A stretch of 32,000 nucleotides of DNA from assembly GCF_020969955.1 (NCBI RefSeq), contig NZ_JAHDSX010000020.1, positions 9,237 through 41,236 on the forward strand, given 5' to 3'. Under the pieces are notes generated by a model. The model was not told where the DNA came from, made no database searches, and saw only the letters and a program-made list of their open reading frames with translations. The translations under genes and the position numbers were made by a program. This stretch comes from Allobaculum fili (GTDB taxonomy: Bacteria; Bacillota_I; Bacilli_A; Erysipelotrichales; Erysipelotrichaceae). Each line of letters begins with the position of its first letter. Positions within the stretch are counted from its first letter, which is position 1. This document shows, in pieces, positions 18,159 through 26,115 of the stretch.

Positions 18159-18202
18159 GCAGGGAAGAATTTCCAGTTCGAAATTCTCCCTGCTTTTCTT
18201 TT
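18159..18202 (+). terminator. Rho-independent terminator after thiI
   Basis: 14-bp stem GCAGGGA(A)GAATTTC / GAAATTCTCCCTGC with one bulged A, 6-nt loop, then TTTTCTTTT. Confidence 0.85.
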
Positions 18203-18422
18203 GAACTTTGCGTTTTGCGTTCTGCTCCTTGCCTGCTGCATTCGCCGTCTCCTTCTCGATCCAGATGCGAGGCGCACACAGAGCCTCTGTTCCCGTTTTG
18301 TCACCCGTTCTGACATCTTTGGGCTCCAGCTTCCCAACCCTTCCGCAAGCAAAGAAGACGGACGCCAAAATCCAGACGCGCCTAAAACCGGAGAATAGCG
18401 AGGGGCGCTTTATAATGAGGGC

Positions 18423-19193
18423 ATGAACTGTCCAATCTGTCATCAGCCCCTGCATAAGGAAAACCGCACCTGGAAATGCCCGAACAATCACGCGTTCGAT
18501 CAGGCCAGACAGGGGTATGTCAATCTCTGCCGCAAGCAGAAAGTCACCGGCGATAACGAAGCCATGTCGGCTGCCCGTACCCGCTTTCTCGAAAGCGGCG
18601 CCTATGATTTTTTACGCGAAGCCATCGCGAAAAAGATCCACGACCTCCATCCCAGAATGTACATCGATCTTGGCTGCGGAGAAGGCTATTACACCCGACG
18701 CTTTGCCAAGGAAGTCGAAGAAGGATACGGCATCGATTTAAGCCGTCCTTCCATTGCACATGCCGCCGGTCAGGACAAGCAGACGCAATACATTGTCGGA
18801 AGCATTTTTGAACTGCCGTTTGCCGATCTGAGCGCGGATCTGCTGACATCGATCTTTACGCCGATCCCCGCAAAGGAAGCCAGACGGGTTTTAAAAGAGG
18901 ACGGTTTACTGATCACAGTCGGACCCGGAAAAAACCATCATAAGGAACTGAAGGAAGTCCTGTATGAAAACGTCCGTCTCAACGATGAGCCAAAACAGCC
19001 GGAAGGCTTTGAACTTGTCGATCGTACGGAGCTGAGCGAGCTCGTTCATGTCGATGACGTCTGGAGCCTGCTGGAAATGACACCGTATCGCTACAAGTCA
19101 CCTGCTGAGGGCCTTGAGCGCGTCAAAAACCTGAAAAACGGTCTGGATGTCACCTTTGACTTTGTGATCAGCACCTGGAGAAAAGCAAAATGA
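18423..19193 (+). CDS. rlmA: 23S rRNA (guanine-N1)-methyltransferase, RlmA family
   Basis: 256 aa. N-terminal zinc ribbon CPICHQPL...WKCPNNHAFDQARQGYVNL, SAM motif DLGCGEGYY, overall colinear with E. coli RlmA. Confidence 0.9.
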   Translation: MNCPICHQPLHKENRTWKCPNNHAFDQARQGYVNLCRKQKVTGDNEAMSAARTRFLESGAYDFLREAIAKKIHDLHPRMYIDLGCGEGYYTRRFAKEVEEGYGIDLSRPSIAHAAGQDKQTQYIVGSIFELPFADLSADLLTSIFTPIPAKEARRVLKEDGLLITVGPGKNHHKELKEVLYENVRLNDEPKQPEGFELVDRTELSELVHVDDVWSLLEMTPYRYKSPAEGLERVKNLKNGLDVTFDFVISTWRKAK

Positions 19194-20508
19194 GAACAAA
19201 AATAAAAAAATGGGGAATCAACGGCGAAGGCATCGCCTACGTCAATAAGAAGGCGGTCTTCGTACACCCGGTGCGATTCCCGATGAAATCGTGGATATCG
19301 ATATTGATCACGACTTCGGCAGCTATGCGCAGGGTCATGTGGAAAAGATCGTCCAGGAAGCCCCGCGCCGGCGCAAATCGCCCTGTCCGATTTCGAAAGA
19401 ATGCGGCGGCTGTGCGCTGATGCATGTCGACTACAAAGGCCAGATCCGCATGAAAGAGCAGATCCTTAAGGAAGCGCTGCGCCGCTATGCGCACTATGAA
19501 GGACCGATTTTTCCTGTCATCAAAAATCCGGATCCTCTGCAGTACCGCAACGCCTGCAAGCTTCCCTTCGGCTTAAAAGACGGCAAAGTCACCACGGGCA
19601 TGTATGCGCGGGAAACCAATGATTTCGTTCCTGTTGAACGCTGTCTGATTCATGCCAAAGGTCTGGAACGGGCCCGCATGGAACTCAATACGCTGATCGA
19701 CCAGTCCGGACTTCCCGTTGCCGATAAAGAACATCCGGAAGGCCTGAAAAATCTGGTTCTGAAAGAATTTGACGGCAAAATCCATATCGTTCTGGTTACC
19801 GGAAAGATGGACATCCCGGAACGTCTGGTTGAGCAGATTCTGGAAAAGTCAGATCATGCCGCTTCCGTCTGGCAGTCCATTAAGGAACCGGACGATCCGG
19901 AACACGAACTGTTTGGCCGTCAGATGCTGCATCTGGGCGGCGATATGAAAATGACGCTTACGCTGGGCGAGTTCACGCTGAATCTTCTGCCCAAATCGTT
20001 TTTTCAGCTCAACACGAAACAGGCGCTCGCTTTATATACGCTGATCGAATCCTGGCTGCCGGATCATACCGATCTGATGGTCGAAGCCTATTGCGGCATC
20101 GGAGCCATCTCGCTTTTTGCGGCGGATAAAGCTAAAGAAATTATCGGTATCGAATCCGTAGAAGACGCAGTGGCCAACGCGAGTGAAAACGCACTGCTCA
20201 ACGGCAAGGAAAACCTTTCCTTCGTCTGTCAGGATGCGGCAACGGAACTGAAGCGGATTTCGCAGAAACGTCATGTCGATACGCTGGTCGTCGATCCGCC
20301 GAGAAGCGGTCTGGACCGTACCATGAAAGACGCCATCCTGAAAGCACAGCCGCAAAATCTGATCTACGTTTCGTGCAATCCGTCCACGCTAGGAAAAGAT
20401 CTGGACGTTTTGCAGAAGAAATACGCGATCGAATGCGTACAGCCTTTTGATTTCTTCTCGCAGACTCCGCACGTAGAGACAGCCGTAAAGCTTTCTCTCA
20501 AAAAATAA
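19190..20508 (+). CDS. 23S rRNA (uracil-5-)-methyltransferase, RumA/RlmCD family, interrupted by a 1-nt frameshift near 19268-19272 (candidate pseudogene or sequencing error)
   Basis: The frame starting at ATG 19190 (ATGA overlap with rlmA) encodes the start of a TRAM domain, MRTKIKKWGINGEGIAYVNKKAVFVHP. The domain continues in the -1 frame as GAIPDEIVDIDIDHDFGSYAQGHVEKIVQ. After that come the Fe-S cysteines CPISKECGGC, SAM motif EAYCGIGAISL, DPPRSG and catalytic YVSCNP. The ORF-track version (GTG 19291) lacks half of the TRAM domain. Confidence 0.85.
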
Positions 20509-20650
20509 AATTCCAAACGGAATCGATCGATCTTCTTTCCATTCCCTTCAAACCCTTCTGCTCCTTCTGTTCGTTTTATCTCTTCGATCCGTGGCCTGTC
20601 AGACGATGGAGACGCTGAAGATCCGAACAGGAGGGATAGATTCACAGAAC

Positions 20651-20700
20651 AAAATCCTCATGCCTCTGGATGATTTCCAGATGCATGAGGATTTTTCTTT
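20651..20700 (+). terminator. Rho-independent terminator (two-tier hairpin)
   Basis: AAAATCCTCATGC ... GCATGAGGATTTT outer stem, inner CTGGA/TCCAG pairing, followed by TCTTT. Confidence 0.75.
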
Positions 20701-21498
20701 AGCGCAGATCGGCTTTCTTAACGGCACGAAAGGCACCCGATCCGAGGGGGCCTGAAGACAGAGGACAGCGCAAATCCGCGCAGGAAAAAAAGCTGCCCAA
20801 AGGAGCGGACAGGCCATTTTCGGCGAAAGATCAAAGGATAGAAATAAATAAAAATAAGGTATAGAAACGCAAATAAATCCGTCGGATTTCACCAAGGCTC
20901 TCGCTAAAAATAATTACCGTAGTTGAAATATAAATAAATTCAAATTGGATAAATTAATACCAGAAAGTAAAAAGTGCAAACGATTGAAATAATTCAAATA
21001 TATATAAACTGTCAGAATAAAAGCATCATAAATTGAATACTGATTAATTTAGACAAAACCGTTAAGAAAAAGTACATCGCAAGCCACGAAAGCTGACACT
21101 ATTCTAAATACATTGAGGGGCTGACTCGCTTGCCCAGGCAAGCCATATGACCAGAAACGCCAACTGGTCTGCTGAGCAAAGAAGCCTGCTCTCGCTCAAA
21201 AATCCTGCACCTCAATTTCATTAGTATTTCGTTTTTCGAATGACCCGCTCATCTCTTTCTTTCCCAGCACATCGAATTCCTTGCTTTCCCGTCTCGGGTA
21301 AAACCAGGAACGCACGAAGATCATCATAAACCATCTAATCCTCAGGAAGAGAGTCCGGGTTTTGTACGGCAGCCCGAGCGCCCCGCTTTCGTATAACTTT
21401 ACGAACTTGAAAAAGAACGAAGATAAGAGATTTTACAATCCTTAAGAAAAATTCAAATCGATGATGCCCGATTCATCTCGTGGAAAGGACAGGCGTTT

Positions 21499-21783
21499 AT
21501 GAATAAAAACTCTCTGCGCCGCAAATCCCGCATTGAACTTCTCGAACTGCTGCTCGCCTCCCGGGAAGAAAATCAGAAGCTTCGCAAGGAAAACGAAGAA
21601 CTGAAAGCTCAGCTTGCGCAGCGACAGATCCATCTGGAAAACAGCGAATCGCTGGCACATGCGGCCTTGAAACTGGCCGGCGTATTTGAAGCAGCCGATC
21701 AGGCAGCTGCTCTCTATCTCGAAAGTCTGAAGGAGAATTATTCCGATCATGAATCAGAAGAATGCACCGAAGAAGCCCTCTGA
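21499..21783 (+). CDS. Small coiled-coil protein (94 aa), unknown function
   Basis: The basic N-terminus is followed by a heptad-like segment LLELLLASREENQKLRKENEELKAQLAQRQ, then SLAHAALKLAGVFEAADQAAALYLESL. Overlaps the signal peptidase gene by 35 nt. Confidence 0.6.
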   Translation: MNKNSLRRKSRIELLELLLASREENQKLRKENEELKAQLAQRQIHLENSESLAHAALKLAGVFEAADQAAALYLESLKENYSDHESEECTEEAL

Positions 21784-22351
21784 TCCAGACATGCCTTCCG
21801 TATCCGAGATCCGAAGCGAAATCGATCGCGTCCGCTATCGAAAACGCTACTGGAAATCGGTTCGCGGCATTCTTCAGACCATCCTGGTCGCGGCAGCGGT
21901 GGCCGTTCTGATTTCCATGTTATGGATGCCCGTTCTGGAAATTTACGGACCAAGCATGGCGCCTTCTCTGGAAGAAGGCGATATCGTTGCCGCCATCAAA
22001 AACAGCAAATTCGAAACGGGCGATGTCATCGCCTTCTACTACAACAACAAAATTCTCGTAAAACGCGTCATGGCCGGTCCAGGCGACTGGATCGACATTC
22101 ACGAAGACGGAACCGTTTTTGTGAATGGAGAAGAAATCGATGAACCCTATCTGACAGACAAAGCGTACGGAGATCCCGATATCGAATTTCCTTATCAAGT
22201 TCCCGAAGGACGCTGGTTCGTTCTCGGCGATCATCGAAGCATTTCCAAGGACTCCCGAAACGCAGAAATCGGCCCTATCGCTTCTGAAGATATTGTTGGA
22301 CGGCTCGTCTTCCGCCTCTGGCCCAACCCAGGACCAGCCGGCGACAGTTAA
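21749..22351 (+). CDS. Signal peptidase I (S26A), pilus-locus associated (SipA/LepA position)
   Basis: 200 aa with one N-terminal TM helix. Box B is GPSMAPSL (Ser nucleophile), box D is LVKRVMAGPGDWI (Lys general base), box E is VLGDHRSISKDSRN. Confidence 0.9.
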   Translation: MNQKNAPKKPSDPDMPSVSEIRSEIDRVRYRKRYWKSVRGILQTILVAAAVAVLISMLWMPVLEIYGPSMAPSLEEGDIVAAIKNSKFETGDVIAFYYNNKILVKRVMAGPGDWIDIHEDGTVFVNGEEIDEPYLTDKAYGDPDIEFPYQVPEGRWFVLGDHRSISKDSRNAEIGPIASEDIVGRLVFRLWPNPGPAGDS

Positions 22352-22676
22352 CTGTTTCTTCCATAATCCGGATTCATTGTCCTTCCGAATATGGATCCGA
22401 TTCACATCAATTCGTATAGGCAGTAAAGGTCTCTTGCCAGGGAAGGCAGAGTCGCCTTATTCATACAAAATGGCTTAAGCAAGCCAGAAAGAAGGGATAC
22501 GCAGACAAAAGAAGGTTTTACCCGTATCAAAACAGGAAAGGCTGAATCAATTCGATCCAACATCATTCCTTGATTTATCCCGGACGTTTACCTTCCTTTA
22601 CTGCAGGAGATCTGAATCGTCAGGAGTTGAATTCGAACAGCCCAAAAAGAGAAAAAGACAACAGAAAGGAAAAACA

Positions 22677-24236
22677 ATGAAATCCAGAAAATTTTTAATT
22701 TCATCCGCGATTGCCCTTTCGACAATGCTCGGAACTGCAGCGCCGATGATGAATGCGATGCCGATCTCAGCAACGACAGTAACTGTCTCCAATTTTGCAG
22801 AGGGACATGCTTTTACGGCTTATCAGATTTTTACCGGTAAGCTGGAAGGCGACAAACTTGTGGACATCGAGTGGGGAACCAGCGCTGATACAACAGAGCA
22901 AGCTGCAATTATTGCTGCATTAAAAGGAGACGATAGCCCGCTTTCGGCAGACAAAATTACAGCACTCGGAGACAACCCGAATGCTGCGGCTGTGGCTAAC
23001 GCAATTGATGGTCTTAATGCAGAACAAAGCCTGGCACTTGCTAAATTACTGCATCCAATTCTGACCGAGAATGGAAAAGCAATTACATCCAACACAACTG
23101 ACCTCACACCTGGCTACTATCTGATCAAAGATACAACAGCGGTTGATTCATCTGCCGATGACGTTATTGGTTTGAGCATTCTCCAGGTCGCCAATACTGA
23201 TGTAGTAATTACACCGAAAAACGCGAAACCAACCGTCGATAAAGAAGTTAGCGACAACGACAATCATGATGAGAGCAATACAGCAGGCTGGGGGGAAACG
23301 GCTGACCATGAAATTGGCGACACCTTCCAGTTCAGACTGACTGCTACAGTTGCACAGTATGCGGACATCAAAAACTACGATTCTTATAAGCTGGTATTCC
23401 ATGACACGCTGAGTGCTGGAATTGACTATGTCAGTGAAGGCAATCTGACTGCAGAGATGTTCGTTGGCGACAATACTACTGCAATTGAAGTACCAACAAC
23501 TACTGCAAAGGATGGCCAGAATCTGACAGTAACTATCGATAACCTGAAAGCTCATTTGCCTGCGGAAATTCAGGAGAATGACGCAATCAGCGTTGTTGTT
23601 ACCTACAATGCCAAACTGAATGCGCACGCTATGGTTGCTGAAAGTGGCGTTTCTGGGCTCTATAACAACAACAAGGTTTATCTGGAGTACTCCAACAATC
23701 CGAATGGGGAAGGAACAGGACAGACCAAAGAGGACTATGTATATGTCTTCACGTATAAACTGACCAACACGAAGACAGATAACATGGGAAACACCCTTCA
23801 GGGAGCCGAGTTCGTTCTTAAGAAAGGCGATCGGTTTGCTGCATTCACTAACGGCATTTTTAGCGGCTGGTCGACAGCGCAGGACGACACAACGAAGCTC
23901 ACATCTGGTGAAGATGGAACGTTCGTACTGACTGGTCTGGATGCAGGAACATACACCCTTGTCGAAACGAAAGCTCCGGAAGGTTATAAGCTGGCTGCTG
24001 ATACGACGATTACAATCACAGCCAGCCATAAAGAAGATGACGGCGGAGCTGCAGCGACAGTAACTTTATCAGGCGAGAACCACGAAGGTGCTACGGTAGT
24101 TGACTCCAAAATCTCCAACCTGCCTGAAACCGGCGGCATGGGTACGACTCTGTTCTATGCAGCTGGCGGAATTCTTGCTGCTGGCGCAGTAATCGCACTG
24201 GCTGCAGGCAAGAAAGCAAAAAAAGAAGAAGACTAA
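22677..24236 (+). CDS. LPXTG-anchored backbone (major) pilin, isopeptide/Cna-B-type Ig-fold protein
   Basis: 519 aa with a signal peptide. AFTAYQIFTGKL N-domain signature, pilin-motif-like TDVVITPKNAKP, E-box YTLVETKAPEGYKL. Sorting signal is LPETGG plus a hydrophobic span plus KKAKKEED. Confidence 0.88.
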   Translation: MKSRKFLISSAIALSTMLGTAAPMMNAMPISATTVTVSNFAEGHAFTAYQIFTGKLEGDKLVDIEWGTSADTTEQAAIIAALKGDDSPLSADKITALGDNPNAAAVANAIDGLNAEQSLALAKLLHPILTENGKAITSNTTDLTPGYYLIKDTTAVDSSADDVIGLSILQVANTDVVITPKNAKPTVDKEVSDNDNHDESNTAGWGETADHEIGDTFQFRLTATVAQYADIKNYDSYKLVFHDTLSAGIDYVSEGNLTAEMFVGDNTTAIEVPTTTAKDGQNLTVTIDNLKAHLPAEIQENDAISVVVTYNAKLNAHAMVAESGVSGLYNNNKVYLEYSNNPNGEGTGQTKEDYVYVFTYKLTNTKTDNMGNTLQGAEFVLKKGDRFAAFTNGIFSGWSTAQDDTTKLTSGEDGTFVLTGLDAGTYTLVETKAPEGYKLAADTTITITASHKEDDGGAAATVTLSGENHEGATVVDSKISNLPETGGMGTTLFYAAGGILAAGAVIALAAGKKAKKEED

Positions 24237-24256
24237 TCTTCAATAACCCACAGGAT

Positions 24257-24319
24257 TCAGGGAGTCTGACTCCCTGAGTCTGGAAAGCCTGGAAGAGTGA
24301 TTTTCCAGGTTTTCCAGAC
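24257..24319 (+). promoter_or_regulatory. Two adjacent stem-loops between the backbone pilin and the sortase gene
   Basis: Hairpin 1: TCAGGGAGT-CTG-ACTCCCTGA (24257-24277). Hairpin 2: GTCTGGAAA-G-CCTGGAA-loop-TTCCAGG-T-TTTCCAGAC (24278-24319). No clean T tract follows. Confidence 0.55.
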
Positions 24320-24345
24320 TCTCCAGAAAAGAGGAGGAGACGGGT

Positions 24346-25194
24346 TTGAAGTTTTTAAGGAAACATCTAAGAACAATTCTGATTCTTGTCATTCTCATCG
24401 CCGGGCTTGGTCTTCTGGCCTATCCAAGTTTTTCAAACTGGTGGAACACCACGCTTGGATCGCATTCCATTGCCCATTATGAGCAGGCGGTTGTGGAAAC
24501 AGATGAAGAAGATTTGAAAGCCATGCGCGAACAGGCCAATGCCTATAATACGGATCTTTTAACAAGAGCAGACCGCTATCATCCAACCCCAGAACAGCAT
24601 GCGCAGTACGGCGAACTGTTAAAAATCGGGGATTCAACGGTCATGGGTTCGATTTCGATCCCGCGAATCAAGGTGAATCTTCCGATTTACCACGGAACTT
24701 CCGAAGACGTCCTGGCTGCAGGAGCCGGTCATCTGGAAGGTTCGTCTCTTCCGGTTGGCGGAACGGGAACGCATGCGGTCATTACAGGGCATAGAGGCCT
24801 TCCTTCCGCAAAGCTGTTCACAGATCTGGATCAGCTGGAAGAAGGAGACCTTTTCGTTTTAAACGTTCTAGGCGAAAAACTGACGTACGCGGTGGACTCG
24901 ATTCGAATCGTTTTGCCGGCTGAACTCGATCAGCTGACGATCGATCCGACGAAAGACCAGGTCACTCTGGTTACCTGCACTCCGTATGGAATCAACACGC
25001 ACCGCATTTTAATCACGGGTCTGCGTACGGAAAACGTTGAGGAGTGGTCACTGGATCAGGAAGCGGGAATGATCGACGAGAAAATCGTCGCCCTCTGGAT
25101 CGGCGCCATTATTCTCGGGGTCCTGCTCATCGTGATGCTTATAAAGACAAGAAAGCCAAAGTCGAAGAAAGGAGAAGCCGATGACTCGATTTAA
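24346..25194 (+). CDS. srtC: Class C (pilin-polymerising) sortase
   Basis: 282 aa. TTG start 6 nt after GAGGAGGAG. N-terminal TM and C-terminal TM (ALWIGAIILGVLLIVMLI) are typical of class C. Catalytic His is in THAVITGHRG, Cys in TLVTCTPYG, Arg in HRILITG. Confidence 0.92.
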   Translation: MKFLRKHLRTILILVILIAGLGLLAYPSFSNWWNTTLGSHSIAHYEQAVVETDEEDLKAMREQANAYNTDLLTRADRYHPTPEQHAQYGELLKIGDSTVMGSISIPRIKVNLPIYHGTSEDVLAAGAGHLEGSSLPVGGTGTHAVITGHRGLPSAKLFTDLDQLEEGDLFVLNVLGEKLTYAVDSIRIVLPAELDQLTIDPTKDQVTLVTCTPYGINTHRILITGLRTENVEEWSLDQEAGMIDEKIVALWIGAIILGVLLIVMLIKTRKPKSKKGEADDSI

Positions 25195-25981
25195 AAAACT
25201 GTTTGGAATTGTTTTGACTCTCATGCTGATGGTGCCGATGACAGTTCGAGCCGCAGAAGAAATTGATCTGAGTCGAACAGGTTCTCTGCAGATGACGATT
25301 CACAAAGCCGATGGAACGCCAATCTCCGGCGGTTCCATGACGATCATTCCGGTGGCGGATATCGTTCTCGACGAAGAAACCAATCCAAAATTTCAACTGA
25401 ATGAAACGTTTGCCGAAACGAATGCGGATCTTTCCAACCCGCAAAGAGAAGCGGTCATTGAATATCTGGAAGATTTCGTAAAGAAACACAAGATCGAGGG
25501 AACCACACAGACTGTGGATCGTAACGGCATCGCCAGCTTTGGCGAGTGTCCGTTAGGTCTGTATCTCGTAATGCAGAACGAAGCGTCTCCTGGCTACAAG
25601 CCCATCCGTTCGTTTTTAATTTCGGTTCCAAATTTCGATGAAGAAGAACAGACCTATACCTACGATGTAATCGCCCTGCCGAAAATGAATACGGATATTG
25701 AGATTGACAGTTCTACATCGTCCTCGGATTCGTCTTCTTCCGAATCTTCTTCGAGTTCAACTTCATCGAGCATGAGCTCTTCAAACTCAGACGATTCATC
25801 GCATTCATCCAGTAAATCGACCAGCAATTCCATCAGCAGCTCAAACAGCGCACCCAGACCGAAAAAAACGCCGCCAACAGGAGCGCAGACCGGAATGACG
25901 CTTTTTGAAAGCCTGTTTATTCTTTCCGGTCTTCTGCTGATCGGTCTGTATTTCCTGAAGCGAAAAGAAACATCGAAATAA
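25181..25981 (+). CDS. Minor pilin (candidate basal/anchor pilin) with a Ser-rich stalk and non-canonical TPPTG sorting signal
   Basis: 266 aa with a signal peptide (VRA|AEE). One Ig/Cna-B-like domain carries an E-box-like YLVMQNEASPGYKP and ALPKMN. A run of about 48 aa is almost pure Ser/Asp/Thr. Then TPPTG plus a hydrophobic span plus KRKETSK. Overlaps srtC by 14 nt. Confidence 0.75.
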   Translation: MTRFKKLFGIVLTLMLMVPMTVRAAEEIDLSRTGSLQMTIHKADGTPISGGSMTIIPVADIVLDEETNPKFQLNETFAETNADLSNPQREAVIEYLEDFVKKHKIEGTTQTVDRNGIASFGECPLGLYLVMQNEASPGYKPIRSFLISVPNFDEEEQTYTYDVIALPKMNTDIEIDSSTSSSDSSSSESSSSSTSSSMSSSNSDDSSHSSSKSTSNSISSSNSAPRPKKTPPTGAQTGMTLFESLFILSGLLLIGLYFLKRKETSK

Positions 25982-26115
25982 ACGCGAAATAAGAACTACG
26001 CATAAAAAATGAACCGGAGATCCTTCAGCCGACGAGCGGGTTTTCCACGCCGTCAGGCTTTCTGCAGGGAAATCCGATTCACGGTTTTGAAGCAATTAAG
26101 AAATGGAGGAAGCGT

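Noticed and set aside
19291-20508. GTG 19291 as the genuine start of the RumA-like gene (ORF-track model).
   Set aside because: It would begin in the middle of the TRAM domain. The missing N-terminal half is encoded just upstream in another frame and starts with an ATGA overlap to rlmA, so a frameshifted full-length gene explains the data better.
21117-21200. GGGGCTGA... followed by three small hairpins, reminiscent of a tmRNA 5' end or an sRNA.
   Set aside because: There is no GGATTCGAC-like tRNA-like domain continuation, no T-arm/CCA 3' end and no tag ORF. The stems are only 5-6 bp and no terminator follows.
21345-21365. GAGAGTCCGGG, resembling the RNase P RNA GAGGAAAGTCCGGGC box.
   Set aside because: This is only a partial match with none of the surrounding conserved RNase P helices.
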